Part shown: positions 31,026 to 42,820 of the stretch, in pieces
How the letters are laid out: the number at the start of each line of letters is the position of its first letter
Numbering within the stretch: position 1 is the first letter of the stretch
Origin: Deltaproteobacteria bacterium
GTDB lineage: Bacteria; Desulfobacterota; JACPFL01
Assembly (NCBI GenBank): GCA_016183025.1
Contig: JACPFL010000094.1
Location: 1-52,478, forward strand
Direction of reading: 5' to 3'
Length of the DNA: 52,478 nucleotides
The notes under the pieces: generated by a model
Seen by the model: only the letters and a program-made list of their open reading frames with translations
Told to the model about the DNA's origin: nothing
Database searches by the model: none
Made by a program: the position numbers and the translations under genes

Positions 31026-31790
31026 TCAGAAGACGAGCACCTGCCCCTGTCGCAGCAGGGAGAGCCGCCGCTCCTTCAGCGCCCTCAGCTCGCGCACGAT
31101 GTCCGGCATGTAGCGGGGCTTCATGTGATTGATGTAGACGCGCACATCCGGGGACCTGAGCTTGCTCAGCTCGGCCCGCAGCAGGGCCGGGGTCAGATGG
31201 CCGCTCACCCCCGCCAGGGGGGCCAGGCGGTTGGGGAAGGAGGCCTCGATGAAGACCGCCCGGAGGTCCGGGGTCCGGTTCGCTTCCTCCCAGAGCCGGT
31301 CGCAGGGGCCGGTATCCGAGCTGTAGAGCAGGCTCCCCCCGCGGTCCCGGATGAGGAACCCCACGGTCTCGACGCTGTGGTTGACCCGGATCGGCTTGAC
31401 GCTGAAAGCCCCCACGCGGCTCGCCCGTCCGGGCGTCAGGGCGCGCAGGCGGAAGACGGAGTGGTCGGGGACGGGGATCATGGTGAAGTCCGGCCAGATG
31501 ACGTTATTGAACAGGTGCGCCTTGAGGTGGCGCAGGATCCCGGCGGTGGACAGGAGCGTGATGCTCTCACGCTTCCGCCCGTACACGTTGTCCGCCAGGA
31601 TCGGGATCCCCTTGATGTGGTCCAGGTGGGAGTGGCTGACCAGGATGTGGCGGATCCGTCCCTGCTCCCGGAGGGACAGGGCGGCGCTGATCGTGCCCGC
31701 GTCCAGGAGCATGGAGTCGTTGAGGAGGAAGGCCGTGGTGCGCCGGCTGTCCAGCTCCGAGCCGTAGCACCCCAGGACCCGCACCTTCAC
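31026..31790 (-). CDS. Class II cAMP phosphodiesterase-like metallo-beta-lactamase fold protein
   Basis: VLGCYGS, LLDAG, SHSHLDHI, HLFNNVIWPDF, SDTGP, EASFPN, GHLTP, HMKP. Confidence 0.8.
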   Translation of the reverse strand: MKVRVLGCYGSELDSRRTTAFLLNDSMLLDAGTISAALSLREQGRIRHILVSHSHLDHIKGIPILADNVYGRKRESITLLSTAGILRHLKAHLFNNVIWPDFTMIPVPDHSVFRLRALTPGRASRVGAFSVKPIRVNHSVETVGFLIRDRGGSLLYSSDTGPCDRLWEEANRTPDLRAVFIEASFPNRLAPLAGVSGHLTPALLRAELSKLRSPDVRVYINHMKPRYMPDIVRELRALKERRLSLLRQGQVLVF

Positions 31791-31921
31791 GCGGCACCCC
31801 CGGTCCCCGTGGCGGGCGCGTGCTCGGGGCGCTCGGCGGCCGGGCCGGCCGGGAGAGGCGCCCCCAGCCCGTCGGTGTCAGCCCAGCAGCACGTCGTCAT
31901 CATGTCCAGGTCGCAGGCCAT
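31787..31921 (-). CDS. 44-aa Cys/Met-rich small protein or leader peptide (MACDLDMMTTCCWADTDG...)
   Basis: GAGGAG RBS, ATG 31921, stop overlaps the phosphodiesterase GTG (GTGA); below ORF-track length cut-off. Confidence 0.55.
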   Translation of the reverse strand: MACDLDMMTTCCWADTDGLGAPLPAGPAAERPEHAPATGTGGAA

Positions 31922-31960
31922 GGACACCGGCTCCTCGTACCCCCCGCGGGGTGGGAGGAA

Positions 31961-31989
31961 ATGATATCTTTTCCCCTGCCTGATCGCAA
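31961..31989 (-). promoter_or_regulatory. Sigma70 promoter for sORF-PDE-folC-lptD
   Basis: TTGCGA-17nt-TATCAT. Confidence 0.65.
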
Positions 31990-32037
31990 TGGCGACGAAG
32001 GGTCCCCCAGGGAGCCTGGGCGGCCCCCGGGCCCGCG

Positions 32038-32829
32038 TCAGCGACCCGAGAGGGCCCCCTTCAGGTCGCGGATGAGCGCTTGCACCGGCGCCGGCGCCCC
32101 CCGGTGGGCCTCGACGAGCTGCACCAGGGCGCTCCCCACCACCACGCCGTCGGCCATCCGCCCGGCCTCGACGGCCTGCTGCGCGGTGGCGATCCCGAAC
32201 CCGACGCAGATGGGCAGGGCCGTCAGCCGGCGGATCTCACGGATGCGCTCATCCACGGCATACGCCAGATCGGGCCTGGCGCCTGTGACCCCGGTCACCG
32301 CCACCAGGTAGAGGAACCCGCTCGCCTCCCTGACGATCCATCGGAGCCGGTCCGGCGTCGTGGTCGGCGCCACCAGCAGGATCGTGTCCAGCCCTGCCGG
32401 CTCGCTCTCGGCCTTCATCTCCGCCAGCTCCTCCGGCGGGAGGTCCACGACCAGCAGCCCGTCCACCCCGGCCTGCCCCGCAGCCGTGGCCAGGGCCCGG
32501 AGCCCGAAGGCGTAGAACGGATTGTAGTAGCCAAACAGGACCAGGGGGACCGGGGAGTGCTTGCGCACGGCCTCGACCAGCCGGAGCACGCCGCGCAGGG
32601 TCGTTCCTGCGGCCAGGGCCCGCTGGCAGGCCTGCTGGATCACCGGGCCGTCGGCGACCGGATCGGAAAAGGGGACGCCCAGCTCGATCACGTCCGCCCC
32701 CGCCTCGGCTGCGGCCAGCACCAGCTCCTCGCTGGCGCGCAGGTCCGGGTCGCCGGCGGTCAGGTAGGCGACCAGGGCCCGCTCGCCGCGCTCGCGCAGG
32801 GCCGTGAAGGTCTGTCCGAGGCGCCTCAC
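32038..32829 (-). CDS. trpA: Tryptophan synthase alpha chain
   Basis: [47 protein letters not shown]. Confidence 0.97.
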   Translation of the reverse strand: MRRLGQTFTALRERGERALVAYLTAGDPDLRASEELVLAAAEAGADVIELGVPFSDPVADGPVIQQACQRALAAGTTLRGVLRLVEAVRKHSPVPLVLFGYYNPFYAFGLRALATAAGQAGVDGLLVVDLPPEELAEMKAESEPAGLDTILLVAPTTTPDRLRWIVREASGFLYLVAVTGVTGARPDLAYAVDERIREIRRLTALPICVGFGIATAQQAVEAGRMADGVVVGSALVQLVEAHRGAPAPVQALIRDLKGALSGR

Positions 32830-34061
32830 GGCGGGCCCGCGCCGAGCCCCAGGGTGTCTGCCACCAGCGGGACATCCTTGTCGCCCCGTCCCGAGAGGTT
32901 CAGGAGCACGAGCGTGTCGGGCGCCAGCCGGGGGGCCAGACGCGCGAGCACGGCGAGGGCATGGGCGCTCTCCAGGGCCGGCAGGATCCCCTCGGTCGAG
33001 GCCAGCTGCTGGAAGGCGGCCAGGGACTCTTCATCCGTGGCGCGCTCGACCTGCACCCGCCCGCCGGCCACGAGCGCGCTCAGCTCTGGGCCGACCCCGG
33101 GGTAGTCCAGTCCCGGGGCGATCGAATGGGTCGGCAGGATCTGCCCGTCCGCGTCCTGCAGGAGGAGCGTCCGGCTGCCGTGCAGGACCCCGGCCTGCCC
33201 GGCTGAGAGCGAGGCCGCATGGGCGCCCGGCTGGAGCCCTCGCCCTCCGGCCTCGGCCGCGACCATCCGCACGCCCGGATCACCGAGGAAGGGGTGAAAG
33301 AGGCCGAGCGCGTTGCTGCCGCCGCCCACGCAGGCCACCAGGAGATCCGGCAGACGTCCCTCTACCTGGAGGAGCTGGGCCCGGGCCTCCCGCCCGATCA
33401 CCGCCTGCAGCTCCCGGACCAGCCACGGGTACGGGTGCGGCCCGGCCACGGTCCCGATCAGGTAGTGCGTGGTGGCCAAATGGGTGGTCCAGTCGCGCAG
33501 GGCCTCGTTCATGGCGTCCTTCAGGGTGCGGCTCCCTGCCTCCACCGGGGTCACCCGGGCCCCGAGCAGGCGCATGCGGACCACGTTCAGCGCCTGCCGG
33601 GCCGTGTCCTCGGCCCCCATGAAGACCTCGCAGGCAAAGCCCAGCAGGGCCGCGACGGTGGCCGTGGCCACCCCGTGCTGCCCCGCGCCGGTCTCCGCGA
33701 TCAGGCGGCGCTTGCCCATGCGGCGCGCCAGCAGGGCCTGTCCCAGCGCGTTGTTGATCTTGTGGGCGCCGGTGTGGCAGAGGTCCTCCCGCTTCAGGAA
33801 GACGCGCAGGCCGCCGAGGGCCTCGCCCAGCCGCCGTCCCCGGTACAGGGGGGTCGGCCGGCCGACATAGTCACGGGCCAGGGACTCCAGCTCCTGGTGA
33901 AATGCCGGGTCCTGCCAGGCCCGCGTGAAGGCCGCTTCCAGCTCGATCAGGGCCGGCATGAGGGTCTCGGCCACGTACCGCCCGCCGAACAGGCCGAAAT
34001 GCCCCCGGGCATCGGGCCCGGTGGAGACGGACGCACCCGCCTCTGCTGGCCGCGGCGTCAT
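32826..34061 (-). CDS. trpB: Tryptophan synthase beta chain
   Basis: [51 protein letters not shown]. Confidence 0.97.
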   Translation of the reverse strand: MTPRPAEAGASVSTGPDARGHFGLFGGRYVAETLMPALIELEAAFTRAWQDPAFHQELESLARDYVGRPTPLYRGRRLGEALGGLRVFLKREDLCHTGAHKINNALGQALLARRMGKRRLIAETGAGQHGVATATVAALLGFACEVFMGAEDTARQALNVVRMRLLGARVTPVEAGSRTLKDAMNEALRDWTTHLATTHYLIGTVAGPHPYPWLVRELQAVIGREARAQLLQVEGRLPDLLVACVGGGSNALGLFHPFLGDPGVRMVAAEAGGRGLQPGAHAASLSAGQAGVLHGSRTLLLQDADGQILPTHSIAPGLDYPGVGPELSALVAGGRVQVERATDEESLAAFQQLASTEGILPALESAHALAVLARLAPRLAPDTLVLLNLSGRGDKDVPLVADTLGLGAGPP

Positions 34062-34687
34062 CGCCCCGCCGTCTCCGGCCCCGGGTCAGGGCCCGCCGCC
34101 CGATCCGCCGCCTGCACGGCCTCGACAAAGGCCCGCAGGCGGGAGAGGTCCTTCCGCCCCGGCGCGGCCTCCACCCCCGAGCAGACATCCACCGCATAGG
34201 GACGGACCCGTGCGATCGCTGCGCCCACGGTCTCCGGCGCGAGCCCGCCGGCCAGGATCACCCGCCCGCGGCGCCGGGCGGCCTCAGCGGCCTCCCAGGG
34301 GAAAGCCAACCCGGTGCCGCCATACAGCCCCTCGGCGTAGGTGTCCAGCAGGTCCGGGTCCCACCCCGCGCTCACCCGGAAGGCCTTGATGACCGGCGTC
34401 CCGAACTCCGCGCAGTAGGCCGGGGCCTCGTCCCCGTGGAACTGCAGGGCCGTGAGTCCGCAGCGCCCGACCACCTCCCGCACCACCGTGGGGCGCTCGT
34501 TGACGAAGACCCCCACCGCGGTCACGAAGGGTGGCAGGGCCCGGACGATGGCCAGGGCCGTCTCAGGCGTGACCCCGCGCGGGCTGGGCTGGTAGAAGAT
34601 GAGCCCGATCGCCTGCGCCCCCAGCTCGACGGCGGCCATGGCGTCCTGGACCGAGGTCATCCCGCAGACCTTGATCCGGGTCATCAC
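34058..34687 (-). CDS. trpF: Phosphoribosylanthranilate isomerase (possible short in-frame deletion)
   Basis: [38 protein letters not shown]. Confidence 0.94.
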   Translation of the reverse strand: MMTRIKVCGMTSVQDAMAAVELGAQAIGLIFYQPSPRGVTPETALAIVRALPPFVTAVGVFVNERPTVVREVVGRCGLTALQFHGDEAPAYCAEFGTPVIKAFRVSAGWDPDLLDTYAEGLYGGTGLAFPWEAAEAARRRGRVILAGGLAPETVGAAIARVRPYAVDVCSGVEAAPGRKDLSRLRAFVEAVQAADRAAGPDPGPETAGR

Positions 34688-35460
34688 CGCTCCCTGCCGA
34701 GCAGGGCCCGCAGGCGGGCGCTCGGCTCGGGCGCCCGCATCAACGTCTCCCCGATGAGGAACGCGTGCACCCCTTCGGCCTCGAGCGCCACGATCTGCTG
34801 CCGGCTCTGGATCCCGCTCTCGCTCACGACCACCACGCCCGCCGGCACGCGCTTGAGCAGGCGTCGCGTCACCCCGAGGTCCGTGGAGAACGTGTCCAGA
34901 TCGCGGTTGTTGATCCCGAGCAGGGTCGCCCCGGCCTCGAGGGCCGCGCCGAGCTCCGTCTCGTCGTGCACCTCCACCAGGGCGTCAAGGCCGAGCCCCT
35001 CCGCCGCCTGCAAGAGCGCCCGGAGCCGCGCGGGGCTCAGGGCCCGCGCGATCAGCAGGACCGCGTCCGCGCCGTGGGCGGCGCCCTCGCGGACCTGCAG
35101 CTCATCGACGATGAAGTCCTTGCGCAGCAAGGGGAGCGCGCTGGCGGCCCGGGCCCGGACGAGGTCGGAGAGCCCGCCCCGGAAGTAGGTCTCGTCCGTC
35201 AGCACGGAGAGGGCCGCGGCCCCAGCGGCCTCGAGGTCACGGGCCAGGGCCGCCGGGTCGAACGGTTCCCGCAGCAGCCCGGCCGACGGTGAGGCGTGCT
35301 TGATCTCGGCGATGATCCGGGTGCCGGGGGCCGCGCCTGGACGGAGGGCCTGGCGCAGGCGGTAGGGGGGAACCCGGGGCTCGGGCGCGGGCCCTGCGGG
35401 GTGCTGCCTCAGTGCGGCCACCTCGGCGGCCTTGGTCGTCAGGATCTGCTGGAGAATCAC
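34684..35460 (-). CDS. trpC: Indole-3-glycerol phosphate synthase
   Basis: IIAEIKHASPSAG, LSVLTD, LRKDFI, LVEVH, GINNRDL, SESGI. Confidence 0.96.
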   Translation of the reverse strand: MILQQILTTKAAEVAALRQHPAGPAPEPRVPPYRLRQALRPGAAPGTRIIAEIKHASPSAGLLREPFDPAALARDLEAAGAAALSVLTDETYFRGGLSDLVRARAASALPLLRKDFIVDELQVREGAAHGADAVLLIARALSPARLRALLQAAEGLGLDALVEVHDETELGAALEAGATLLGINNRDLDTFSTDLGVTRRLLKRVPAGVVVVSESGIQSRQQIVALEAEGVHAFLIGETLMRAPEPSARLRALLGRER

Positions 35461-35536
35461 CAGGCGTCCGGGAAGCGCCCGCCGGGGAGCCGGAAGGGCT
35501 GGGCGGAGAGGCCCGGGGTGGACGCCCCGCTGGCCG

Positions 35537-36583
35537 CTAGCCGCTCCGGGTCATCTCAACGAGCTTACGGAGCTTCTCCATCGCCGCCCCGGTATCGATG
35601 GAGTCGGCGGCCAGGCGCACCCCCTCCTGGAGGGCGGCCGCCGTGCCCGCGGCCATCAGCGCCGCCGCGGCGTTCATGAGGACGATGTCCCGCTTGGGGC
35701 CCGGGGCGCCACGCAGGATGCTGAGGATGATCTCCGCGTTCTCCTTCACGTCCCCACCTTGCAGCTCCGCCAGGGTCGCCCGTGGGAGCCCCAGCTCCTC
35801 GGGCGTGACCACGTAGGTCTTGACCTCCCCGTCCCGCACCTCGGAGATCTTGCTCGGCCCGGTGTTGGAGAGCTCGTCCAGGCCGTCGGCCCCGTGCACG
35901 ACCAGCGCGCGCGCGACCCCCAGCCCGCCGAGCACGGTGGCCAGGACCTCGGTCAGCGCTCCGTCATAGACCCCCATGACCTGGGCGTTCGCGTTGGCGG
36001 GGTTGGTGAGCGGCCCCAGGATGTTGAAGACCGTGCGGATGCGCATCTCCCGCCGGGCGAGCATGACGTACTTCATGGCCGTGTGCAGCAGCGGGGCGTA
36101 GAGGAAGCCGATGCCGACCCGGTCGATGCAGCGCGCGACCTTGGACGCGGGCAGGTCGATCGACACCCCCAGGGCCTCGACCACATCGGCGCTGCCACAC
36201 AGGCTGGAGATGGAGCGGTTGCCGTGCTTGGCCACCCGGAGCCCGGCCCCCGCCACCACGAAGGCGGTGGCCGTGGAGACGTTGAACGTCCCGCTCGCGT
36301 CTCCCCCGGTGCCGGCCGTATCCACCAACATCTCCCGCTCGGTGCCCGACAGGCCGGCCCCGACGTCCGACTGGGTGCGCACGGGGGTCGCCTTCCGGCG
36401 CATCACCTGGGCGAAGCCGATCAGCTCCTCGACCGTCTCCCCCTTCATCCGCAGGGCCGTGAGGAAGGCGGCGATCTGGGCATCGGTGGCGCCGCCGGAC
36501 ATGATCTCGTCCATGACCGCGGCGGCCTCTTCCCGGGTGAGGTCCTCCCGGCTGACGACCTTCTTCAGGACATCGGTGACCAT
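35537..36583 (-). CDS. trpD: Anthranilate phosphoribosyltransferase
   Basis: [52 protein letters not shown]. Confidence 0.97.
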   Translation of the reverse strand: MVTDVLKKVVSREDLTREEAAAVMDEIMSGGATDAQIAAFLTALRMKGETVEELIGFAQVMRRKATPVRTQSDVGAGLSGTEREMLVDTAGTGGDASGTFNVSTATAFVVAGAGLRVAKHGNRSISSLCGSADVVEALGVSIDLPASKVARCIDRVGIGFLYAPLLHTAMKYVMLARREMRIRTVFNILGPLTNPANANAQVMGVYDGALTEVLATVLGGLGVARALVVHGADGLDELSNTGPSKISEVRDGEVKTYVVTPEELGLPRATLAELQGGDVKENAEIILSILRGAPGPKRDIVLMNAAAALMAAGTAAALQEGVRLAADSIDTGAAMEKLRKLVEMTRSG

Positions 36584-36602
36584 CGGTCTCCAGGCGCGCG
36601 GG

Positions 36603-37091
36603 TCAGGCGTTCGCGGCCCTGCCGCCGCCGGCCGGCGCCTTCCCCTTCCCGGCCCGCCGCCCCGGGGCCTTCCCGCCTTCCGCCTTGGGGCGCGTCCGCT
36701 TCGCCCTCTTGGGTGCCCGCTCCCGCTTCCCCCCGGCCTCGGGGAGCAGCTCGACCACTGACATGGGCGCGCCATCCCCTGGACGCGGCCCGACCTTGAC
36801 GATCCGGGTATACCCGCCGCTCCGCTCACGAAAGCGGGGCGCCAGGGTGTCGAAGAGCTTCTTCGCGACCGCCTGATCCCGGATGACGCGCAGCGCCCGC
36901 CGCCGGGCGTGCAGCGTGCCCGCCTTCCCCAAGGTGATCATCCGCTCGGCGAGCCGCCGGAGCTCTCTCGCCTTGGCATGGGTCGTGGTGACCCGCTCGT
37001 GCTCCAGGAAGGAGGTCACCAGGTTCCGGAGCATGGCCAGCCGGTGGGCGGTGGGACGCCCGAGCTGGCCCCGCATCTTGAGGTGTCTCAT
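36603..37091 (-). CDS. rplQ: 50S ribosomal protein L17
   Basis: MRH...LGR...[17 protein letters not shown]; basic C-terminal extension. Confidence 0.97.
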   Translation of the reverse strand: MRHLKMRGQLGRPTAHRLAMLRNLVTSFLEHERVTTTHAKARELRRLAERMITLGKAGTLHARRRALRVIRDQAVAKKLFDTLAPRFRERSGGYTRIVKVGPRPGDGAPMSVVELLPEAGGKRERAPKRAKRTRPKAEGGKAPGRRAGKGKAPAGGGRAANA

Positions 37092-37150
37092 CCGTCAGGC
37101 CCTCTGGTCGCAGGCGGGCATGCGGAGCCCGGGGGCCGTCGCGGCCGCGA

Positions 37151-38161
37151 TCATTGCTGCTGGGCCCGCAGGCGCTCCACCTCCTCCCGGCTGGGGAAGT
37201 TCTCCAGCTTCATCCCCAGGGAGAGGTCCATCTCGCTCAGGATCTCCTTGATCTCGTTGAGCGACTTGCGCCCGAAGTTCTTGGTCCTGAGCATCTCGCC
37301 CTCGGTCCGCTGCACGAGCTCGCCGATGTACCTGATGTTGGCGTTCTTCAGGCAGTTGGCCGAGCGCACCGAGAGCTCCAGCTCGTCCACGCTCTTGAGG
37401 AGGTTCTCGTTGAACTCCGTCTGCTCCAGGGGGATCTCCGCCCGCTCCTCCTCGACCTCCTCCTCGAAGTTGATGAAGATGTTGAGCTGGTCCTGGAGGA
37501 TCTTGGCAGCGAACGCCACCGCGTCCTCGGGGGCGATGGAGCCGTTGGTCCACACCTCGATGGTCAGCTTGTCGTAGTCGGTGATCTGACCCACGCGGGC
37601 GTGGGAGACGGCGTAGTTGACCTTGCGGACGGGGGAGAAGACCGCGTCCAGGGGGATGGTCCCGATGGGCATCCCCTCCTCCTTGTTCCGTTCGGCCGGG
37701 ACGTAGCCCCGTCCGCTCTTGACGACCATCTCCATCTCCAGCCTGGCATCCTTCGCCAGGGTGGCGATGTGCTGCTCCGGGTTCAAGATCTCCACGGACT
37801 GGTCCGTGAGGATGTCCCCGGCCGTCACCACCCGCTCTCCCTGGCCCTTGATCCGGACGGTCCGGGGGCCCTGGCCGTGGAGCTTCACCACGACCTCCTT
37901 CAGGTTGAGGATGACGTCCGTGACGTCCTCCTTCACGCCGGGGATCGTGGAGAACTCGTGCAGCACCCCCTCCATCTTCACCGAGGTGATGGCCGCCCCC
38001 TGGATCGAGGAGAGCAGGATACGCCGCAGGGCGTTGCCGATGGTGATCCCGAAGCCCCGCTCGAAGGGCTCGCCCACGAACCGCGCGTAGGTGGGCGACT
38101 TCGTCTCCTCGTCGATCTCCAGCCGCTTGGGCCGGATCAGGTCCCGCCAGTTCCGATACAT
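37151..38161 (-). CDS. rpoA: RNA polymerase subunit alpha
   Basis: [54 protein letters not shown]. Confidence 0.99.
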   Translation of the reverse strand: MYRNWRDLIRPKRLEIDEETKSPTYARFVGEPFERGFGITIGNALRRILLSSIQGAAITSVKMEGVLHEFSTIPGVKEDVTDVILNLKEVVVKLHGQGPRTVRIKGQGERVVTAGDILTDQSVEILNPEQHIATLAKDARLEMEMVVKSGRGYVPAERNKEEGMPIGTIPLDAVFSPVRKVNYAVSHARVGQITDYDKLTIEVWTNGSIAPEDAVAFAAKILQDQLNIFINFEEEVEEERAEIPLEQTEFNENLLKSVDELELSVRSANCLKNANIRYIGELVQRTEGEMLRTKNFGRKSLNEIKEILSEMDLSLGMKLENFPSREEVERLRAQQQ

Positions 38162-38216
38162 AGGTCCTCCGCTTCACCGCCCCGGACGGGTGGGCGGGCC
38201 GGTCGGCCTCGCCCCC

Positions 38217-38843
38217 CTACCGGGAGTAATGCTCCACGATGAGCTGTTCCTGGATGGGCAGGGTCAGCTCCTGCCGCGCGGGCATGGCCTTGACCACCCC
38301 CCGGTAGTTCGGGCGGTCCAGCTCCAGCCACCCGGGGATCCCCCGCTTCACCCCCGCATCCAGGCACTCGTTGACCCTGGTGATCCGGCGGCTCTTCTCC
38401 TTCAGCTCGATGACATCACCCCGCGAGGTGATGTGCGAGGGGGTGCTGGCCTTGCGGCCGTTGACCAGGATGTGCCCGTGGCGCACGAGCTGGCGCGCCT
38501 CGGCCCGCGACGCCGCGAACCCCAGGCGGTAGACCATGTTGTCCAGCCGGCGCTCGAGCAGGACGAGCAGGCTCTCGCCCGTGATCCCCTTCATGCGGTC
38601 GGCCCGCTCGAAGTACCCCTTGAGCTGGCGCTCCATCAGGCCGTAGATCCGCTTGACCTTCTGCTTCTCCCGCAGCCGCGCCCCATATTCGGAGAACTTG
38701 CGCCGCTGCTGGCCGTGCTGGCCGGGGGCGTAGTTCCGTCGCTCCACGGGACACTTGTCCGTGTAGCACTTGTCCCCCTTCAGGAAGAGCTTCATCCCCT
38801 CCCGTCGGCACAGTCGGCAGACGGCCCCGGTGTACCTCGCCAA
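38217..38843 (-). CDS. rpsD: 30S ribosomal protein S4
   Basis: [28 protein letters not shown]; TTG start with GGAGG RBS. Confidence 0.98.
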   Translation of the reverse strand: MARYTGAVCRLCRREGMKLFLKGDKCYTDKCPVERRNYAPGQHGQQRRKFSEYGARLREKQKVKRIYGLMERQLKGYFERADRMKGITGESLLVLLERRLDNMVYRLGFAASRAEARQLVRHGHILVNGRKASTPSHITSRGDVIELKEKSRRITRVNECLDAGVKRGIPGWLELDRPNYRGVVKAMPARQELTLPIQEQLIVEHYSR

Positions 38844-38873
38844 CGCCCTCCCCCCTCCTTCGGGACGCCCCCG

Positions 38874-39266
38874 CTACACCCGCCGGCGCTTGGGCGCCCG
38901 GCAGCCGTTATGCGGGATCGGCGTGACATCCCGGATCAGATTGACGCTGAACCCCGCGGCCTGGAGGGCCCGGAGGGCCGACTCCCGCCCGGACCCCGGC
39001 CCCTTCACGTAGACCTCGATGTTCTTCATGCCGTGCTCCATGGCCTTCTTGGCCGCATCCTCGGCGGCCATCTGGGCGGCGAAGGGGGTGGACTTGCGCG
39101 AGCCCTTGAACCCGACCACGCCGGCCGAGGACCAGGAGACGACGCTCCCCTGCAGGTCCGTGATGGTGATGATCGTGTTGTTGAAGGTCGCCTGGATGTG
39201 GGCGATCCCGTTCAGGATGTTTTTCTTCTCCCGCTTCTTCTTCAGCCCCTTCTTCGGCTGAGCCAT
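38874..39266 (-). CDS. rpsK: 30S ribosomal protein S11
   Basis: [30 protein letters not shown]. Confidence 0.99.
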   Translation of the reverse strand: MAQPKKGLKKKREKKNILNGIAHIQATFNNTIITITDLQGSVVSWSSAGVVGFKGSRKSTPFAAQMAAEDAAKKAMEHGMKNIEVYVKGPGSGRESALRALQAAGFSVNLIRDVTPIPHNGCRAPKRRRV

Positions 39267-39285
39267 CTCCCCCCTCCCGCCGCGG

Positions 39286-39672
39286 TCAGGCCGTCGGCGC
39301 CGGCTGCTTCTTCCGGCCGATGATGGAGCGCCGCGGCCCCTTCCGGGTACGGGCGTTGGTGTGGGTCCGCTGCCCGCGCACCGGCAGCCCGCGGCGATGC
39401 CGGAGCCCCCGGTAGGTCCCGAGGTCGATGAGCCGCTTGATGTTCTGGGCCATGTCGCGGCGCAGATCGCCCTCGACCTTGTAGTCCCGGTCGATGAGGT
39501 CCCGGATCTTGGTGACCTGCTCCTCGGTGAGCTGGTCGGTCTTGGTGTTCCAGTCCACCCCGGCCGCCGACAGGATCCGCTGGGCGCTCGAACGCCCGAG
39601 CCCGTAGATGTAAGTCAGGGCGATCTCCATCCGTTTGTTCCGGGGGAGGTCCACCCCCGCGATGCGCGCCAT
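39286..39672 (-). CDS. rpsM: 30S ribosomal protein S13
   Basis: [26 protein letters not shown]. Confidence 0.99.
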   Translation of the reverse strand: MARIAGVDLPRNKRMEIALTYIYGLGRSSAQRILSAAGVDWNTKTDQLTEEQVTKIRDLIDRDYKVEGDLRRDMAQNIKRLIDLGTYRGLRHRRGLPVRGQRTHTNARTRKGPRRSIIGRKKQPAPTA

Positions 39673-39727
39673 CTCTCCTCACCCTCCCCGGCGAGGGGCC
39701 CCCAGGGGCTCCAGGCCCCGCCGCCCC

Positions 39728-39841
39728 TCAGCCCTGCCGCTGCTTGTGCTTCGGGTTCTCGCAGATGACCCGGAGGAATCCCTTGCGCTTGATGATCTTG
39801 CATTTCTCGCACATCTTCTTGATCGAGGCCTTGACCTTCAT
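39728..39841 (-). CDS. rpmJ: 50S ribosomal protein L36 (Zn-binding form)
   Basis: Manual translation [37 protein letters not shown]. Confidence 0.97.
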   Translation of the reverse strand: MKVKASIKKMCEKCKIIKRKGFLRVICENPKHKQRQG

Positions 39842-39862
39842 GCCGCCGCCCGCCCTTCCGTC

Positions 39863-40081
39863 CTACCGCGCCCGGTAGGTGATCCGCCCCCGGGAGAGGT
39901 CGTACGGGGAGAGCTCCACGGTCACCCGGTCCCCGGGCAGGATCTTGATGAAGTGCATCCGCATCTTGCCCGACACGTGGGCCAGGACCCGGTGCCCGTT
40001 CTCCAGCTCCACCCGGAACATGGCGTTGGGCAGGGGCTCGACGACGACCCCCTCGACCTCAATCGCGTCTTCTTTCGGCAT
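39863..40081 (-). CDS. infA: Translation initiation factor IF-1
   Basis: [35 protein letters not shown]. Confidence 0.98.
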   Translation of the reverse strand: MPKEDAIEVEGVVVEPLPNAMFRVELENGHRVLAHVSGKMRMHFIKILPGDRVTVELSPYDLSRGRITYRAR

Positions 40082-40104
40082 CCAACCTCCCTCGCCCGCA
40101 CCCT

Positions 40105-40854
40105 TCAGCGGCACGTCAGGATCACCGGCCCGTCCTCGGTGATCGCCACCGAATGCTCGAAGTGCGCCGACAGGCTGCGGTCTCGCGTGACGGCGGTCCA
40201 GCCGTCCGAGAGGATCTCGACCTCCGGCCCCCCCGCGTTCACCATGGGCTCGATCGCCAGGACCATCCCGGGCACGAGCTGGACCCCGTGGCCGAAGGTG
40301 CCGAAGTTGGGGACCTGCGGCGGCTCGTGCAGGCTCCGGCCGATCCCGTGCCCCACGAACTCCCGGACCACCGAGTACCCGCACGCCTCGACATGATATT
40401 GCACGGCCAGGGAGACGTCCGAGAGCCGGTTGCCCGGCACCGCCTTGGCGATGGCCAGGTACAGGGCCTCCTCCGTGGCCTGGATGAGCCGCTCGGCCTC
40501 GGGCGTGATCCCCCCCACCCCGACCGTCACCGCGGCGTCGCCGAAGTAGCCGTCGCAGACGGCCCCGAAGTCCAGGCCGATGATATCCCCCTCCCGGAGG
40601 ACCCGCCGGGGCGAGGGGATCCCGTGGACCACCTCCTCGTTGACGGAGGTGCAGAGAACCGCCGGGTACCCGTGGTACCCCTTGAAGGCGGGCTGGGCCT
40701 TCCGGGCCCTCAGGGCCTGCTCGGCGTGGCGATTCAGCTCCAGGGTGCTGACCCCGGGCTTCACCATCTCCCGCAGCTCCTCCAGGATCTCGGCCACCAC
40801 CCGGCTGGCAGCCCGCATCCGGTCGATCTCCTGGGGCGACTTCAGGATGATCAT
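40105..40854 (-). CDS. map: Methionine aminopeptidase type I
   Basis: [36 protein letters not shown]. Confidence 0.97.
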   Translation of the reverse strand: MIILKSPQEIDRMRAASRVVAEILEELREMVKPGVSTLELNRHAEQALRARKAQPAFKGYHGYPAVLCTSVNEEVVHGIPSPRRVLREGDIIGLDFGAVCDGYFGDAAVTVGVGGITPEAERLIQATEEALYLAIAKAVPGNRLSDVSLAVQYHVEACGYSVVREFVGHGIGRSLHEPPQVPNFGTFGHGVQLVPGMVLAIEPMVNAGGPEVEILSDGWTAVTRDRSLSAHFEHSVAITEDGPVILTCR

Positions 40855-41510
40855 GCCCGTGGCGATCCCTCGCTCACGACCGCCAGCAGCCGCTGGAGCA
40901 CCTCCTCGATGGGGCCCACCCCGTCCACGACGCGCAGCAACCCCCGCGCCTCGTAGTAGGCCAGCAGGGGCAGGGTCTTCTCCTGGTAGGCGTGCAGGCG
41001 GGCCCGGACGGTGCCCTCGACGTCGTCCTCGCGCTGGTGCAGCTCCCCGCCGCAGCGCCCGCAGCGTCCCGGGTGGGGCGGGGGGTCGTACAGCAGGTGG
41101 AAGCCCTGGCCGCAAGCCCGGCAGACGCGACGTCCGGAGAGGCGCCTGATGATCTCCTGCTCAGGGGCGTCCAGGCTGATGGCGAGGTCCAGCCGGGTCC
41201 CCATGGCGGCCAGGGTGGCCGCCAGCGCGTCCGCCTGGGGGACGGTCCGGGGGAACCCATCGAGGATGAACCCCGGCTGGCAGTCCGGGCGGCGGAGCCG
41301 CTCCGCGACGATGCCGATCATCACGTCGTCCGGGACCAGGTCGCCGGCCTCCATGAAGCCGCGCGCCTGCTCCCCCAGCACCGTCCTGGCGCGCATGGCC
41401 TCCCGGAGGATCTCGCCGGTGGAGATCACGGGGATGCCGAACTTCTCCCCGAGCAGCTTGGCCTGGGTCCCCTTCCCGGCCCCGGGGGGGCCCATCATGG
41501 TGAGGGTCAC
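40851..41510 (-). CDS. adk: Adenylate kinase (Zn-lid type)
   Basis: [28 protein letters not shown]...CGRC lid; GTG overlaps secY stop. Confidence 0.97.
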   Translation of the reverse strand: MTLTMMGPPGAGKGTQAKLLGEKFGIPVISTGEILREAMRARTVLGEQARGFMEAGDLVPDDVMIGIVAERLRRPDCQPGFILDGFPRTVPQADALAATLAAMGTRLDLAISLDAPEQEIIRRLSGRRVCRACGQGFHLLYDPPPHPGRCGRCGGELHQREDDVEGTVRARLHAYQEKTLPLLAYYEARGLLRVVDGVGPIEEVLQRLLAVVSEGSPRA

Positions 41511-42817
41511 CCGCGCCTCCCCTTGATCCGGACCTTTCGCATGAACCCCTCGTAGTGCCGGGTCAGCATGTGGGCCTCGATCTGCTGGACCGTGTCCAGC
41601 GCCACGCCCACCACGATCAGCAGCGAGGTCCCGCCGAAGAAGAAGGGAACATTGAACTGCACCACGAGGAGGGTGGGCAGCACGGAGACCGCCGAGAGGT
41701 ACAGGGCGCCCCACAGGGTGATGCGCGTGAGGATCCGGTCGATGTACTCCGCCGTCTTCTTCCCGGGCCGGACCCCGGGGATGTACCCGCCGTACTTGCG
41801 CATGTTCTCCGCGACGTCCATGGGGTTGAACTGGACGGCGGTGTAGAAGTAACAGAAGAAGATGATGAAGCCCACATACAGGAGCTCGTAGAGCACCGTC
41901 CCGGGATTGAACTGCCGGGCCAGGTTCTGCACGAAGGGGACATTGACGAAGTTGGCCACCGTGGCCGGGAACAGGATGATGGAGGACGCGAAGATCGGCG
42001 GGATCACCCCGGAGGTGTTCACGCGCAGGGGGAGGTGCTGCTTCTGCCCCCCGTACACCCGCCGGCCCACGACCCGCTTGGCGTACTGCACCGGGATGCG
42101 CCGCTGTCCCCGCTCCACGAAGACGATGAAGCCCACCACCGCCACCATGAAGGCCATGAGGAACAGGATCACGATCACGGAGAGCTCGCCCGTGCGGATC
42201 AGCCGTCCGGTGGAGATGATGGCGGAGGGGAGCCTCGCCACGATCCCGGCGAAGATGATGAGGGAGATGCCGTTGCCGATCCCCCGCTCCGTGATCTGCT
42301 CCCCGAGCCACATGATGAACGCCGTGCCGGAGGTCAGGGTGATCATCGTCATCAGGCGGAAGTACCAGCCAGGATGGGGGACCACGAGCTGGCCCCCGGG
42401 ACCCGTCATGTTCTCCAGCCCGATCGAGATCCCGAGAGACTGCACGAGGCTGAGGAGCACCGTGCCGTAGCGGGTGTACTGGATGATCTTCTTCCGGCCG
42501 AGCTCCCCTTCCTTCGAGAGCTTCTCCAGGTAGGGGACGACCACCGTGAGGAGCTGGAGGATGATGGAGGCCGAGATGTAGGGCATGATCCCGAGCGCGA
42601 AGACCGAGAAGCGCTCCAGGGCCCCTCCCGAGAACATGTCGAACAGGCCGAGCAGGGTCCCGCGGGCCTGGGCGAAGAAGGTGGCCAGGGCCTGGGAGTC
42701 GATCCCGGGCGTGGGGACGAACACCCCCACCCGGTAGACGGCCAGCATGATGAAGGTGTAGAGGATCCGGCGCTTGAGCTCGGGGATCTTCCCGATGGTC
42801 TGAAACCCGGCGAACAC
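41507..42817 (-). CDS. secY: Preprotein translocase SecY
   Basis: [49 protein letters not shown]. Confidence 0.99.
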   Translation of the reverse strand: MFAGFQTIGKIPELKRRILYTFIMLAVYRVGVFVPTPGIDSQALATFFAQARGTLLGLFDMFSGGALERFSVFALGIMPYISASIILQLLTVVVPYLEKLSKEGELGRKKIIQYTRYGTVLLSLVQSLGISIGLENMTGPGGQLVVPHPGWYFRLMTMITLTSGTAFIMWLGEQITERGIGNGISLIIFAGIVARLPSAIISTGRLIRTGELSVIVILFLMAFMVAVVGFIVFVERGQRRIPVQYAKRVVGRRVYGGQKQHLPLRVNTSGVIPPIFASSIILFPATVANFVNVPFVQNLARQFNPGTVLYELLYVGFIIFFCYFYTAVQFNPMDVAENMRKYGGYIPGVRPGKKTAEYIDRILTRITLWGALYLSAVSVLPTLLVVQFNVPFFFGGTSLLIVVGVALDTVQQIEAHMLTRHYEGFMRKVRIKGRRG

Positions 42818-42820
42818 GGC

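Noticed and set aside
39675-39727. S4-binding alpha-operon leader upstream of rpsM
   Set aside because: A GC-rich hairpin is possible, but I cannot match it to the known pseudoknot
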